64,000 bases of DNA from Mobula hypostoma (lineage: Eukaryota). The first letter of the stretch is position 1, and every line of letters begins with the position of its first letter. The stretch covers positions 30,072,001-30,136,000 of the forward strand of contig NC_086108.1 in the NCBI RefSeq assembly GCF_963921235.1, written 5' to 3'. Of this stretch, positions 49,425-61,955 are shown piece by piece. The notes beneath the pieces are model-generated. The model made no database searches, had not been told where the DNA came from, and worked only from the letters and a program-made list of their open reading frames with translations. The translations under genes were made by a program, and so were the position numbers.

Positions 49425-50159
49425 TGCTGACACCTTCACATGAGGTTAGCAGAAGCAATCAAAGAGGAATTTCTCTCCCTTATGTGCTTTGATCTTGAAA
49501 ACATTCTTATCATCACATTATTCAAATAATTCTTCTTTTAAAATTTGGTTTTGCCTTGGTAGTACAATATCCGTTGCCCTGAAGTATTTCCTTCTAGCAA
49601 AATTGAGAGGAAGAGAAGTGGTTAGGCCAATTCTCTGTCTGTCTTTCTTCTGTTCATTTTGAATTAGAATAATATGAGAATGTTAGTTTACAATATCTGT
49701 TCAAACTCGATTTTTCTCATCTGACATGATGCTTTTGAGGGACTATCCTTGTGATTTGAAGCTTTGTGACAACGTACGGATATTATATAACAGCGTGCAC
49801 AGTAAACAAGTGCAGCCACTGACAACTGATGCTTCTGTGTGTAACCATTGCTCAGGAATTGGACGCATTTGCAAACGAACTGATGTCATTTCAGGCCAGC
49901 ACAGCTCATCACTTTCGTCCATTTATGCTGCCTGATCTGTTAGTTTTCTTCAGCATTTCTGTGTGTTGTTGTTGAAGGTTTCCAGCATCTGCAGAATCTT
50001 GTGTGTCTCCAAGTTGTTTAAACAGTAGTTTATATTTTAGGAATTCTTCGTGGTCAGTGCATATTGACTGATAACCAATCAGTATTATTGAATGGAAAAT
50101 AGATGTAGGAGGATTGTCTACCATGAAGAAGTTTAAATCTTCTCTTCGATGAGTATAGG

Positions 50160-52240
50160 CAGAGACTGAAGACTGCAGCACCAGCAGTGAGGATCAAGAA
50201 AGTATGGACAAAGGAAGCACAGGAGCACCTACAGGACTGCTTTGAATCGATGGACTGGACTGTATTCAGGGATTCATCTTCGAACCTGGATGAGTGTGCT
50301 GCAGTTGTTATCGACTTCATTAAAACCTGTGTGGATGAGTGTGTGCCCACAAAGTCTTACTGTACATTCCCAAACCAAAGGCCATGGATGAACCAGGAGG
50401 TACGTGGTCTGCTGAAGGCTAGATCTGTGGCATTCAAGTCTGGCAACACAGGCCTGAACCAGAAAACCAGGTATGATTTGCAGAGAGCTATTTCAAGAGC
50501 AAAGAAACAATTTTGAACGCGATTGGGGATGACATCAGATGCACGGCAACTCTGGAAAGGTCTGGCAGACATTACTTCCTACAAAGCGAAACCCAATAGC
50601 ATGAATGACAGCGATGCTTCACTACCAGATGAACTCAATGCCTTCTATGCACGCTTTGAAATGGAGAACACAACTACAGATGTGAAGATCCCTGCTGCAC
50701 CTAATGACCTTGTGATCTCCAACTCAGAGGCCGATGTTAGGCTGCCTTTAAAGAGAGTGAACCCTCGCAAGGCGGAACGTCCCGATGGAGTACCTGGTAA
50801 GGCTCTGAAAACCTGTGCCAACTAACTAGCGGGAGTATTCAAGGACATTTTCAACCTCTCACTGCTACAGATGAAAGTTCCTGCTTGCTTCAAAAAGGCA
50901 ACAATTAAACCAGTGCCTATGAAGAATAATGTGGGCTGCCTTGATGACTATCGCCCGGTAGCACTCACATTGAGAGTGATGAAATGCTTTGAGAGGTTGG
51001 TCAGGTCTAGACCGAACTCTAAGCTCAGCGAGGACCTGGACCCACTGCAATTTGCCTATTGCCACAATAGGTCAATGACAGATGCAATCTCAATGGCTCT
51101 CCACACGGCTTTAGACCACCTGGACAACACAAACTCCTACGTCAGGATGCTGTTCATCAACTATAGCTCAGCATTTAACACCATCATTCCCACAATCCTG
51201 ATTGAGAAGTTGTAGAACCTGGGCCTCTGTATCTCCCTCTGTAACTGGATCCTCGACTTCCTAACCGGAAGAAGACAATCTGTGCAGATTGGTGATAACA
51301 TATCTTCCTCGCTTACGATCAACACTGGTGCACCTCAGGGGTGTGTGCTTAGCCCACTGCTGTACTCTCTGTATACACATGACTGTGTGGCTAGGCATAG
51401 CTCAAATACCATCTGTAAATTTGCTGACGATACAACCATTATTGGTAGAATCTCAGGTGGTGATGAGAGAGTGTACAGGAGTGAGATATGCCAATTCTCA
51501 TTCCAAAAGTGGTGCTGCAGCAATAACCTGGCACTCAACATCAGTAGGACGAAGGAGCTGTTTGTGGAGTTCAGGAAGGGTAAGATGAAGGAACACATGC
51601 CAATCCTCATAGAGGGATCAGAAGTGGAGAGAGTGAGCAGTGTCAAGTTCATAGGTGTCAAGATCTCTGAGGATCTAACCTGGTCCCAACATATCGATGT
51701 ACCTGCAGTTATAAAGAAGTCAAGACAGCAGCTACACTTTATTAGGAGTCTGAAGATGTTTGGCATGCCAAGAAATACACTCAAAAACTTCTATAGTTGT
51801 ACCGTGAAGAGCATTCTGACACGGTGCATCCCAGGGCTTCTTCAGTGAGCGGTGTCTCAGAAAGGCAGCATCCATTATTAAGGACCTCCAACACCCAGGA
51901 CGTGCCCTTTTCTCACTGTTCCCTCAGGTAGGAGGCACAGAAGCCTGAAGGCACACACTCAGTGATCCAGGAACAGCTTCTTCCCCTCTGCCGTCCAATT
52001 CCTAAATGCACATTGAATCTTTGGACACTACCTCACTTTTTTTTAATATACAGTATTTCTGTTTTTGTACATTTGAAAAAATCTATTCAATATATGTAAT
52101 TGATTTACTTGTTTGTTTATTATTTTATGTATTGTTAATTTTTTTCTATCTGCTAGATGATGTATTGCATTGAACTGCTGCTACTAAGTTAACAAATTTC
52201 ATGTCTCAGGCCAGTGATAATAAACCTGATCCTGATTCTG
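50160..52240 (+). mobile_element. Rex1/Babar LINE, 5'-truncated
   Basis: [52 protein letters not shown] and KFADDT motifs with (GATTCT) tail. Confidence 0.92.
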
Positions 52241-52843
52241 AGTTCTGTGAGATTCTTTCATTGCTCCCTGACTCACTACCACAATAACGTATCGTTCCTA
52301 GGCCTATCAGATTCCTTCCTCTCCAGTCCTTTATCTTTCCCTCCCACTTAGCTTCACCATTCACCATCTCACTATCCTCCTCCCGCTCCCCCACCCCCAC
52401 CCTTTGTATTCTAGCACCTTCCACCTGTCTAAATGTCAACTGTTTATCCATTTCCATGGTTGCTGCCTGACTTGCTGAGTTCCTCCAGCATTTTGTGTGT
52501 GTGTTGTAGGATTGACCAATTACTTCAATTCTAATCAGAGTTTCTTTCCAACATGAACAAGATTCTCTGGCACCATTCTCGTTTCTGATTGGTTGGATTT
52601 TCTCTTCCCTACTGTTGAGTTATTGGTTAGTTCGCTATCAATATGCTGTAGGTTTCCCTGTTACTTCCAATATATCTTAACGAAAAAGATATCCATTTCT
52701 ATTGCGTGTTTTGTGTTCTTTTTTATAAACTTGGCATCAACTTATTAGATACTTTTGAAGAGTGTCCGCTTATAACATCACAAGAGATTTAAAAAGGCAA
52801 TGGAATTACTGGCTAATTCATTTGTTTTTGGTGTTATTTAAGG

Positions 52844-54006
52844 CAACGGTCCCCAACCACCGAGCCGCGAACCAATACCGGGCCGCAAAGCATGCGCTAC
52901 TGGGCCGCGAGGAAGCGATATGATTTGGCGATATGAGTCAGCTGCATCTTTCCTCATTCCCTGTCACGCCCACTGTTGAGCCATTATGCATGCGAGGTCA
53001 TTACCCGCGCGTCATCCATTTCAGCGCGGGAAGGAGATCAACTCCTCGAGCTTGCAAATGATGGCGGGCTGGAGAGTATGTTTGACATAACATCTCTGCC
53101 GGCATTCTGGATCAAAGTCAAGGCTAAAGATCCTGAGATAGTCAGGAAAGCACTGAAAACATTGCTTCCATTTCCAACATATCTCTGCAATGAATGCAAC
53201 GAAAACTAAATTGCAGAATAGACTGGACACAAGGAACCCTCTTCGAGTATTGCTGTCTCCCATCACTCCTCGATAGGACCATCTTGTTGCAGGGAAACAA
53301 GCCCGGGGCTCCCACTGATTCAGCGATATTGGTGTGTTGCAATGATTTTATATATTTATACGGGGAAAATATGCGCTGTGTGTTTAATATCCAAACGTTA
53401 CTTAAAATGTTATGATGCTGTTGACTTATATAACCATATAACAATTACAGCACGGAAACAGGCCATCTTTCCCCTTCTAGACTCACTACTCTCACCTAGT
53501 CCCACCGACCTGCACTCAGCCCATAACCCTCCATTCCTTTCCTGTCCATATACCTATCCAATTTTTCTTTAAATGATAATATCGAACCTGTTTCTGCCAC
53601 TTCTACTGGAAGTTCTTTCAACACTTACTTCAAGCTCCCCTGTCCTCCCCGATAATTGACTTATCACTATATTCATGCGAGGAAAATATGTGCTGTGCAC
53701 TTAAAACTAAATTCGTTAGATAATCCCTTTTAAAAAGGAAATTGAGTGTATTAGCCACTTAACACTGATATTCCGGTCGTGTTTAAAACCCCCCTCCCAC
53801 CCCCCAGAACAGAATCGCCAAAAACGATTTGTAGAAAAAAATCGCACACGCATGCGCAAGTCACGCATGCACGCTGGTGCCCGCGCAAGGCTTTATGGTC
53901 ATTGTAGTCTTTCGGGGGTAAACCCAGCGTATTTATCCGTTGGCAACCCTACCACCACCACCCCCGGTCGGCCGGTCCGCAGTGCCAAAAATGTTGGGGG
54001 CCCCTG
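52844..54006 (+). mobile_element. Non-autonomous hAT (Charlie-like) with perfect 8-bp TSD
   Basis: TIRs CAACGGTCCCCAAC / GTTGGGGGCCCCTG with ATTTAAGG on both sides. hATC fragment DQLLELANDGGL..SLPAFWIKVK..ALKTLLPFPTYLC. A small CR1 tail is nested at ~53433-53615. Confidence 0.92.
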
Positions 54007-54416
54007 ATTTAAGGGATAAGTTCTAGTGTAATTGTACCAGGGTATGATTACACCTGAAAGACCATAATTTATTTTCTAAGCATTAGATTGAAAAAGGGAT
54101 TAGGATGTGTTTGCCTTTGTTTGTAGAGTTAAATACCCTTTCCTTCTGATTGAGAAACAATAATACCACCTGCTAAACTGTGACTAATGTCATGGTGAAT
54201 CTCTTGCCCGGGTAAGACCACAACCACCTGGAAGAGAGATGAATCACCAGCTAAAGATTATGTCTCATCAGAGCAATTGTGAGCATATTTAATTTTTGAC
54301 TGGAACTGAGACGGTGTTTACTTGAAAACAGATCATGCCTTAATGCAAGAAGCTTCTTCAGTGGGTTTCTTGCAGATGAAGGTCAAAAGCACTTCAAGCA
54401 AGAAACGACCCTATAA

Positions 54417-54485
54417 TAAGAATTCCCAACCAGGGGTCCATAGACCCCTTGGGATCCAAGGCATAAAAAAGGTTGGGAACCCCTG
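54417..54485. mobile_element. 69-bp hAT-type MITE
   Basis: TTCCCAACC...GGTTGGGAACCCCTG with flanks CCCTATAA / ACCTATAA. A related inverted copy lies at ~58421-58482. Confidence 0.65.
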
Positions 54486-54974
54486 ACCTATAAACACTAT
54501 AAATGTAGGCGCGTGTCATTTTTATGGTAGGTTTTGAGTTGTAACTGCAAACATTTTGCTGAGTGTTGTAATTGGCAGTGCAATCTGTGTAGCATTATGG
54601 AAGAAAGTGTGTCTAGAACTCAGTCTGTTATAACTTTGCAGCTGGCCATGGAGAGCAGCCGCTCAGTGTGTATGTACTACGCTGCCCCTTCTGCTACGTT
54701 TCCTATTGTGGGAATTTGGTCATTCATTTATCCCACACAAACACCAACTGGATTACACTTCCCATTCGGCTGCCACAGAATGCCTTTTGCAGCAGTTCTG
54801 TTCCTGCCCTTCAGGAGGTTCACCACCATGACCTTCAGGGGATGATCAGGCATTCTGTCTGTTGTAACTGTATCCGTACCAACTCCCACACATGATCTGA
54901 CAGCTTGCATTGTCAAAGATTTTTCATTCTCTTTGTAAATAATTGGAAAAGTCATAGTCCTAGAGAGATATAAT

Positions 54975-55200
54975 TCATTCAGGCTCTTCGGCCCACTGAG
55001 CCCATGTTGACCACCGGCCTCCTATTTACAACAGTTCTACATTAATCCCATTTTTAAAATTTTCCCCACATTTCCATTGATTTCCCCCAATTCTTCCACT
55101 TGCCAACACACTAGGAGCACTTTATAATGAACAATTAACTTATCAACTTGCACGTCTTTAGGATGTTGAAGGAAACGGGAGCACCTGGGGGAGAAACCTG
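54975..55200 (-). mobile_element. V-SINE (HE1-like) fragment with CR1-derived tail
   Basis: V-domain complement ACAATTAAC..GCACGTCTTTAGGATGTTGAAGGAAACGGGAGCACCTGG, next to the CR1-type tail GGCTCTTCGGCCCACTGAG. Confidence 0.65.
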
Positions 55201-55464
55201 GTGATATTAAGGATGCGGGATCTGGTGATTTCTCGATCCCCAAGTTCTTTTAGGAGTCCAAGAATGCAAAAACGTGTTGATTCACAATCATTTATTTTAA
55301 AGCTTAAGCAAAGGAGTAGATACAGAGCATATGAAACTAAGGGAAGAGGCCTAAGATGGTAATTTTTTCAGAGACTGACACTTTTCTACAGAGTTATGGC
55401 AAATTCCTGAGATAAGCAACAGGCTGTCACTTTGCCAGTAAAAAATGAAAAGACAATAAACCAA

Positions 55465-55640
55465 AACACGAGGAATTCTGCAGATGCTGGAAATTCAAGC
55501 AACACACATCAAAGTTGCTGGTGAACGCAGCAGCAGGAGGGTCCTGACGAAGGGTCTCGGCCCGAAACGTCGACTGTACCTTTTCCTAGAGATGCTGCCT
55601 GGCCTGCTGCGTTCACCAGCAACTTTGATGTGCGTTGCTT
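55465..55640. mobile_element. Minimal Penelope insertion (two inverted 3' ends) with 14-bp TSD
   Basis: TSD AGACAATAAACCAA at 55451-55464 and 55641-55654. Inverted arms at 55497-55532 and 55605-55640. Confidence 0.88.
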
Positions 55641-56289
55641 AGACAATAAACCAATATGTAACTGCTATACTGATTTGCCATCAGTAGGTGGAGACAAACA
55701 CCACATATTGTAAACACATGCAAGTTAAAAATGTTAGTAGCTACAATTTTGATCTTGCTAATAACCTTATTAATTCAACTAATACCTTATTAAAAGGATT
55801 CAAAAAAACTGATTCCAACAAGAATCATCCATGATGAAATGGCGCAGCAGATTTAAAACACAGTATTTTTGCAGATTAATCAAATTCACTGATCTTAAAA
55901 TAAAAAAATGCTTTCACTCACTTACATTTTTGTGGATGTTAATAACTCCATTCAAGTTGCTGGATTGTCCAGTTAAGGGGTCAGATAAAGGTCTATCCGG
56001 CCCCTCATCTCAGTATGTTTAGCACCACCCTGGACCTGCTGCTGCATCCAGTATGTTCAGGAGTTCAGGTGCACCCACATCTGATTTACAGTCTGTTCTG
56101 TACCGCAAGGTACAGGTCTGGGACTTGCTGGCACGTGCACTGCCGTCAGCCAGCAGCGTCATGGGCTGCTATACAAGGATATGGTGCCCCATGTTTACTT
56201 GGGGTTTAATTCATTCACGTCGGCAGCAAACAGAAATGGACACCTTGGTTATAGCAATGACGAAGAAATCTATAACATGCTTGAAAATA

Positions 56290-56460
56290 TGACCACCTTC
56301 ACCACCTCAGGATATCCTAAAGCCCTTTGCAAACAATGAATGTTGCCACAGTTTTTAAACGGACACACCCAATGGACAACAATAAGAAAGCCAGACTACC
56401 TGCTTCAGTGGTGTGAGTAGAATATTGGACTGGGTGCCCGGAGAACTCCCCTCTCTTCTC
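56290..56460 (-). mobile_element. Deu-domain SINE remnant (SacSINE/AmnSINE-related)
   Basis: ACCTCAGGATATCCTAAAGCCCTTT..CAATGAA and AATATTGGACTGGGTGCCCGGAGAACTCCCCTCTCTTCT match my recollection of the Deu-domain complement. It appears to resume near 57250. Confidence 0.55.
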
Positions 56461-56464
56461 TGAT

Positions 56465-57248
56465 ATTGCACTCAACGTCAGTAAGATGAAAGAGCTGATT
56501 GTGGACTTCAGGAAGGGTAAGACGAAGGAAAACATACCAATCCTCATAGAGGGTTCAGAAATGGAGAGAGTGAGCAGTTTCAAATTCCTGGGTGTCAAGA
56601 TCTCTGAGGACCTAACCTGGTCCCAACATATCAGTGCAGCTACAAAGAAGGCAAGACAGTGTCTATACTTCATTAGGAGTTTGAAGAGATTTGGTATGTC
56701 AAGAAAAACACTCAAAAACATCTATAGATATATTGCGGAGAGCATTCTGACAGGCTGCATCACTGGGGCTACTGCATGGGACCAAAAGAAGCTGCAGAAG
56801 GTTGTAAATTTAGTCGGCTCCATCTTGAGTACTAGCCTACAAAGTATCCCAGGACATCTTCAGGGAGCAGTGTCTCAGAAAGGCAGTGTACATTATTAAG
56901 GACCTCCAGCACCCAGGGCATGCCCTTTTCTCACTGCTACCATCAGGTAGGAGGTACAGAAGCCTGAAGGCACACACTCAGCGATTCAGGAACAGTTTCT
57001 TCCCCTCTGCCATCTGATTCCTAAATGGACATTGAACCAGTGAACACTACTTCACTTTTTTAATATATATACTTCTTGTTTTTTGCAAAATTTTAATCTA
57101 TTCAATGTATGTATACTCTAATTGATAGATTTATTATTATTATGTTTTTTTTTGTTCTTCTAGATTATGTATGGCATTGAACTGCTGCTGCTAAGTTAAC
57201 AAATTTCACGTCACATGCTGGTAATAATAAACTTGATTCTGATTCTGA
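56465..57248 (+). mobile_element. Rex1/Babar 3' fragment
   Basis: [25 protein letters not shown] and KARQCLYFIRSLK motifs with (GATTCT)n tail. Confidence 0.9.
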
Positions 57249-57476
57249 TATGTTACATCTACGTGAGGAATGGTCAATGGGAATCCCGACCAATTAATTC
57301 CCATTCTTAGGCCAGGAGTAAAAAAAAGCCCTGAAGCAACTGAAATGAAGGGCTGGTGGACATGGAGAAGGGTACTTTTTAATGATATTCATCTGTTTTT
57401 ATGTCACAGAATCACAGTAAGTTTGAGGCAAATTTAAGAAAGACAGATACTGTATCTCGGAAGTTTGACTACAATC

Positions 57477-58290
57477 TCAATAGGTTTCAATAGGTATATT
57501 TAATGTCAGAGAAATGTATACAATATACATCATGAAATTCTTTTTCTTTGCAAACATCTATGAAAACAGAGGAGTGCCCCAAAGAATGAATGACAGTTAA
57601 ATGGTAGAACCCCAAAGCTCCCCCACCCCGCTCTCCCCACCCATGCATAAGCAGCAGCATGGCAATGACACCCACCTCTCCCACCAGCAAAAAGGCATCT
57701 CCACCCTCCACCAAGCACTCAAGCATACAGCAAAGCATCAATAAAGACACAGACTTGCAGTACCCCAGACTACTCATTCACCCGGTATTCGACGTACCAC
57801 AGACTCTCTCTTTCTCCCCCTAATAAGGGAAAAAGAGGTGTCCCCATTTCACAGTGAGAGAGAAGACATAACAAAATAACTCACCGATTTATGGTGTTAG
57901 AAGTCTGTTGCGTTGCTTTTTCTGAACTCTGTGCCCAAAGATCTTGGGTCTCTGGGAACATAGCCAGCAGCCAGCTCGCTGCTTTCGATCTTCCGTCTCC
58001 CATGATGCACCAGTTTTCTGTGGTGGCACCGACCTCAAATCCATCCACCTCCAGAGCCACAAAAATCCCGCACCTTGAGGGGACACTGGTCTCCCAGGCT
58101 GCGTCCTTGGCACACCGAAATCGGCCGGTCGTGAGGCCCATTCCCACAGAGAACTGAGGTCAGCGTGTAAGTCTAGGTCAGGCTCTTCAAAAGAACCCTG
58201 ACAAAGAAAAAAAGAGATATTAAAGATAGAAATAGAGCTGTTTTCGAAGATGCAAGCAAAGGAATTGCCATCATCCTAAGCTCTGCCCTC
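57477..58290 (-). mobile_element. Non-autonomous LINE-tailed element
   Basis: The minus strand ends TTTCTCTGACATTAAA..(ACCTATTGA)2, a Rex1-like tail architecture. The body is non-coding. Confidence 0.5.
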
Positions 58291-58787
58291 CGACTTTTCT
58301 TTGCAGAAGACATAACAAAATACTTAAAATAAGCAGAACAGATGACTGAATTCCCCCCACAAAATGCTGGGGGAACTCAGCAGGCCAGGCAGCACCTATG
58401 GAAAAGAGTACAGTCGACGTCTCCCAAATTTTTTTTATGGAAATGAACCTAGGGGTCTATGGACCCCAGACTGGGAACCACTGTTCGAGAAGGTGCCTGT
58501 TAAATCTATCACCGTTTTCTGATTACATGCCAAATTCTCTTCCCTCATTGAATAAAAATGCTTTACTTTTTTTTGTAGGCTGGGGAAAAGTACATAACCA
58601 GAATAACAAATATTTTTTCTGGTTTTAATTCCTTTATCTGTTTTAGATGTTTTAGTGCTGGAAAAGGATCTCAAAACAAAATGAACGAACCAGTTCCTGC
58701 CGTTACAATCTCAGTTTAGCTTTTGATCCACATCCTTGTGTATCGACGAATTGCGTAGCCGGTATAAAAATACATAAAGCAAACCGC

Positions 58788-58846
58788 ACAGAACTAATAC
58801 AAAACTAATACAGAACTAATACAAAACTGATACAGAATTAATACAG
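58788..58846 (+). repeat. 11-bp tandem repeat, 5 copies
   Basis: ACAGAACTAAT / ACAAAACTAAT / ACAGAACTAAT / ACAAAACTGAT / ACAGAATTAAT. Confidence 0.9.
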
Positions 58847-59210
58847 TAGTGGCAATTCTGAAGGAACACCATACAAACAACATTAGAATCCCAGCAACCC
58901 TGTATCTTATACATAGCAGCAAAAATGTAAGCGAATGCGTCTCATCTAAGACGTCTACTACTTTTTAGTACACACGTGCTGAACTTCCAGAGACTAAACA
59001 TTCACGTTACGCTGTTACATTCACAATCAGTCATGATACAATAAAGTTAGTCAAGGGGTACACTTTGGCACAACTTTTACAAGATATTCCCTGGTAGTTA
59101 AATTCCAGGAAGACTGACCTACTTGGATGGTGGGGAACTTTGCACAAGCCATGTTATCCAGCGCCGATGCCTTCACTCGTGAAAATCTAAAGCATCCACA
59201 TGTAAAACAT

Positions 59211-61615
59211 AAACAACAGGAATTCTGCAGATGCTGGAAATTCAAGCAACACACATCAAAGTTGCTGGTTAACGCAGCAGGCCAGGCAGCATCTCTAGGA
59301 AGAGGTACAGTCAACGTTTCAGGCCGAGACCCTTCGTCAGGACTAACTGAAGGAAGAGTGAGTAAGGGATTTGAAAGTTGGAGGGGGAGGGGGAGATCCA
59401 AAATGATAGGAGAAGACAGGAGGGGGAGGGATAGAGCCGAGAGCGGGACAGTTGATTGGCAAAAGGGGATACGAGAGGATCATGGGACAGGAGGTTCGGG
59501 AAGAAAGACAAGCGGGGGGGGTGACCCAGAGGATGGGCAAGAGGTATAGTCAGAGGGACAGAGGGAGAAAAAGGAGAGTGAGAGAAAGAATGTGTGCATA
59601 AAAAAAAAGTAACAGATGGGGTACGAGGGGGAGGTGGGGCCTTAGCGGAAGTTAGAGAAGTCGATGTTCATGCCATCAGGTTGGAGGCTACCCAGACGGA
59701 ATATAAGGTGTTGTTCCTCCAACCTGAGTGTGGCTTCATCTTTACAGTAGAGGAGGCCGTGGATAGACATGTCAGAATGGGAATGGGATGTGGAATTAAA
59801 ATGTGTGGCCACTGGGAGATCCTGCTTTCTCTGGCGGACAGAGCGTAGATGTTCAGCAAAGCGGTCTCCCAGTCTGCGTCGGGTCTCGCCAATATATAAA
59901 AGGCCACATCGGGAGCACCGGACGCAGTATATCACCCTAGTCGACTCACAGGTGAAGTGTTGCCTCACCTGGAAGGACTGTTTGGGGCCCTGAATGGTGG
60001 TAAGGGAGGAAGTGTAAGGGCATGTATAGCACTTGTTCCGCTTACACGGATAAGTGCCAGGAGGGAGATCAGTGGAGAGGGATGGGGGGGACGAATGGAC
60101 AAGGCAGTTGTGTAGGGAGCGATCCCTGCGGAATGCAGAGAGGTGGGGAGGGAAAGATGTGCTTAGTGGTGGGAGCCCGTTGGAGGTGGCGGAAGTTACG
60201 GAGAATAATGTTGGACCCGGAGGCTGGTGGGGTGGTAGGTGAGGACCAGGGGAACCCTATTCCTAGTGGGGTGGCGGGAGGATGGAGTGAGAGCAGATGT
60301 ACGTGAAATGGGGGAGATGCGTTTAAGAGCAGAGTTGATATTGGAGGAAGGGAAGCCCCTTTCTTTAAAAAAGGAAGACATCTCCCTCATCCTAGAATGA
60401 AAAGCCTCATCCTGAGAGCAGATGCAGCGGAGACGGACGAATTGCGAGAAGGGGATGGCGTTTTTGCAAGAGACAGGGTGAGAAGAGGAATAGTCCAGAT
60501 AGCTGTGAGAGTCAGTAGGCTTATAGTAGACATCAGTGGATAAGCTGTCTCCAGAGACAGAGACAGAAAGATCTAGAAAGGGGAGGCAGGTGTCGGAAAT
60601 GGACCAGGCAAACTTGAGGGCAGGGTGAAAGTTGGAGGCAAAGTTAATAAAGTCAACGAGTTCTGCATGCGTGCAGGAAGCAGCGCAAATGCAGTCGTCG
60701 ATGTAGCAAAGGAAAAGTGGGGGACAGATACCAGAATAGGCACGGAACATAGATTGTTCCACAAAGCCAACAAAAAGGCAGGCATACCTAGGACCCATAC
60801 GGGTGCCCATAGCTACACCTTTAGTTTGGAGGAAGTGGGAGGAGCCAAAGGAGAAATTATTAAGAGTAAGGACTAATTCCGCTAGACGGAGCAGAGTGGT
60901 GGTAGAGGGGAACTGATTAGGTCTGGAATCCAAAAAGAAGCGTAGAGCTTTGAGACCTTCCTGATGGGGGATGGAAGTATATAAGGACTGGACATCCATG
61001 GTGAAAATAAAGCGGTGGGGGCCAGGGAACTTAAAATCATCAAGAAGTTTAAGAGCGTGAGAAGTGTCACGAACATAGGTCGGAAGGGATTGAACAAGGG
61101 GTGATAAAACAGTGTCGAGGTAAAGATGAAGCCACTCTCAGGTTGGAGGAACAACAATTTATACTCTGTCTGGGTAGCCTCCAACCTGATGGCATGAACA
61201 TCGACTTCTCTAACTTCTGCTAATGCCCCACCTCCCCCTCGTACCCCATCTGTTATTTTTTTTTTATGCACACATTCTTTCTCTCACTCTCCTTTTTCTC
61301 CCTCTGTCCCTCTGAATATACCTCTTGCCCATCCTCTGGGTCACCCCCCCCCTTGTCTTTCTTCCCGGACCTCCTGTCCCATGATCCTCTCGTATCCTGT
61401 TTTGCCTATCACCTGTCCAGCTCTTGGCTCTATCCCTCCCCCTCCTGTCTTCTCCTATCATTTTGGATCTCCCCCTCCCCCTCCAACTTTCAAATCCCTT
61501 ACTCACTCTTCCTTCAGTTAGTCCTGATGAAGGGTCTCGGCCTGAAACATCGACTGCACCTCTTCCTAGAGATGCTGCTTGGCCTGCTGCGTTCACCAGC
61601 AACTTTGATGTGTGT
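59211..61615 (-). mobile_element. Penelope-like element (RT plus GIY-YIG) with inverted pseudo-LTR and 14-bp TSD
   Basis: RT at 60196-60999 (MDVQSLYTSIPH, QTKGVAMGTRMGP, YIDD). GIY-YIG at 59642-59968 (VIYCVRCSRCGLLYIGET..RFAEH). Inverted arms 59249-59745 and 61120-61615. TSD CACATGTAAAACAT. Confidence 0.95.
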
Positions 61616-61629
61616 CACATGTAAAACAT

Positions 61630-61924
61630 GTCCAATTACTGATATTCTCGATTCGCTAACAAGCATAAACGAATTCACATGGATATCGTCAATTGCTACT
61701 CACCGTTCCTCACCATGCCCAGTATCTCTGGAAGGAACTTATTGCCAAAGCCCCACCAGCTTCTTCCGCAGAAAACAAAAATGGTCTCCCCACTACCCCG
61801 CGCTTGCGTAATGACATCACCATCTCCACTTAAAGGCACAGATGACTATTCTAGCATTACCTGGATGGATGCCTAAGTACACTTTTAACGATAATGAATA
61901 AGATTCGATAGACACCTGGTTACA
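61630..61924 (-). mobile_element. Gypsy 3' LTR (first part; presumably continues left of the Penelope insertion)
   Basis: On the minus strand, the purine tract AGGGGAGAA directly precedes TGTAACC, ~30 nt after the integrase stop. The far boundary is not determined. Confidence 0.7.
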
Positions 61925-61955
61925 TTCTCCCCTGCATTCAAGTAATCGTCCTCGA

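Noticed and set aside
55674..55693. Second CTCF-like motif (GCCATCAGTAGGTGGAG)
   Set aside because: Mismatches at core positions; expected by chance in 64 kb.
58788..58846. CRISPR-like array
   Set aside because: Contiguous 11-bp units with no spacers, in a eukaryotic context.
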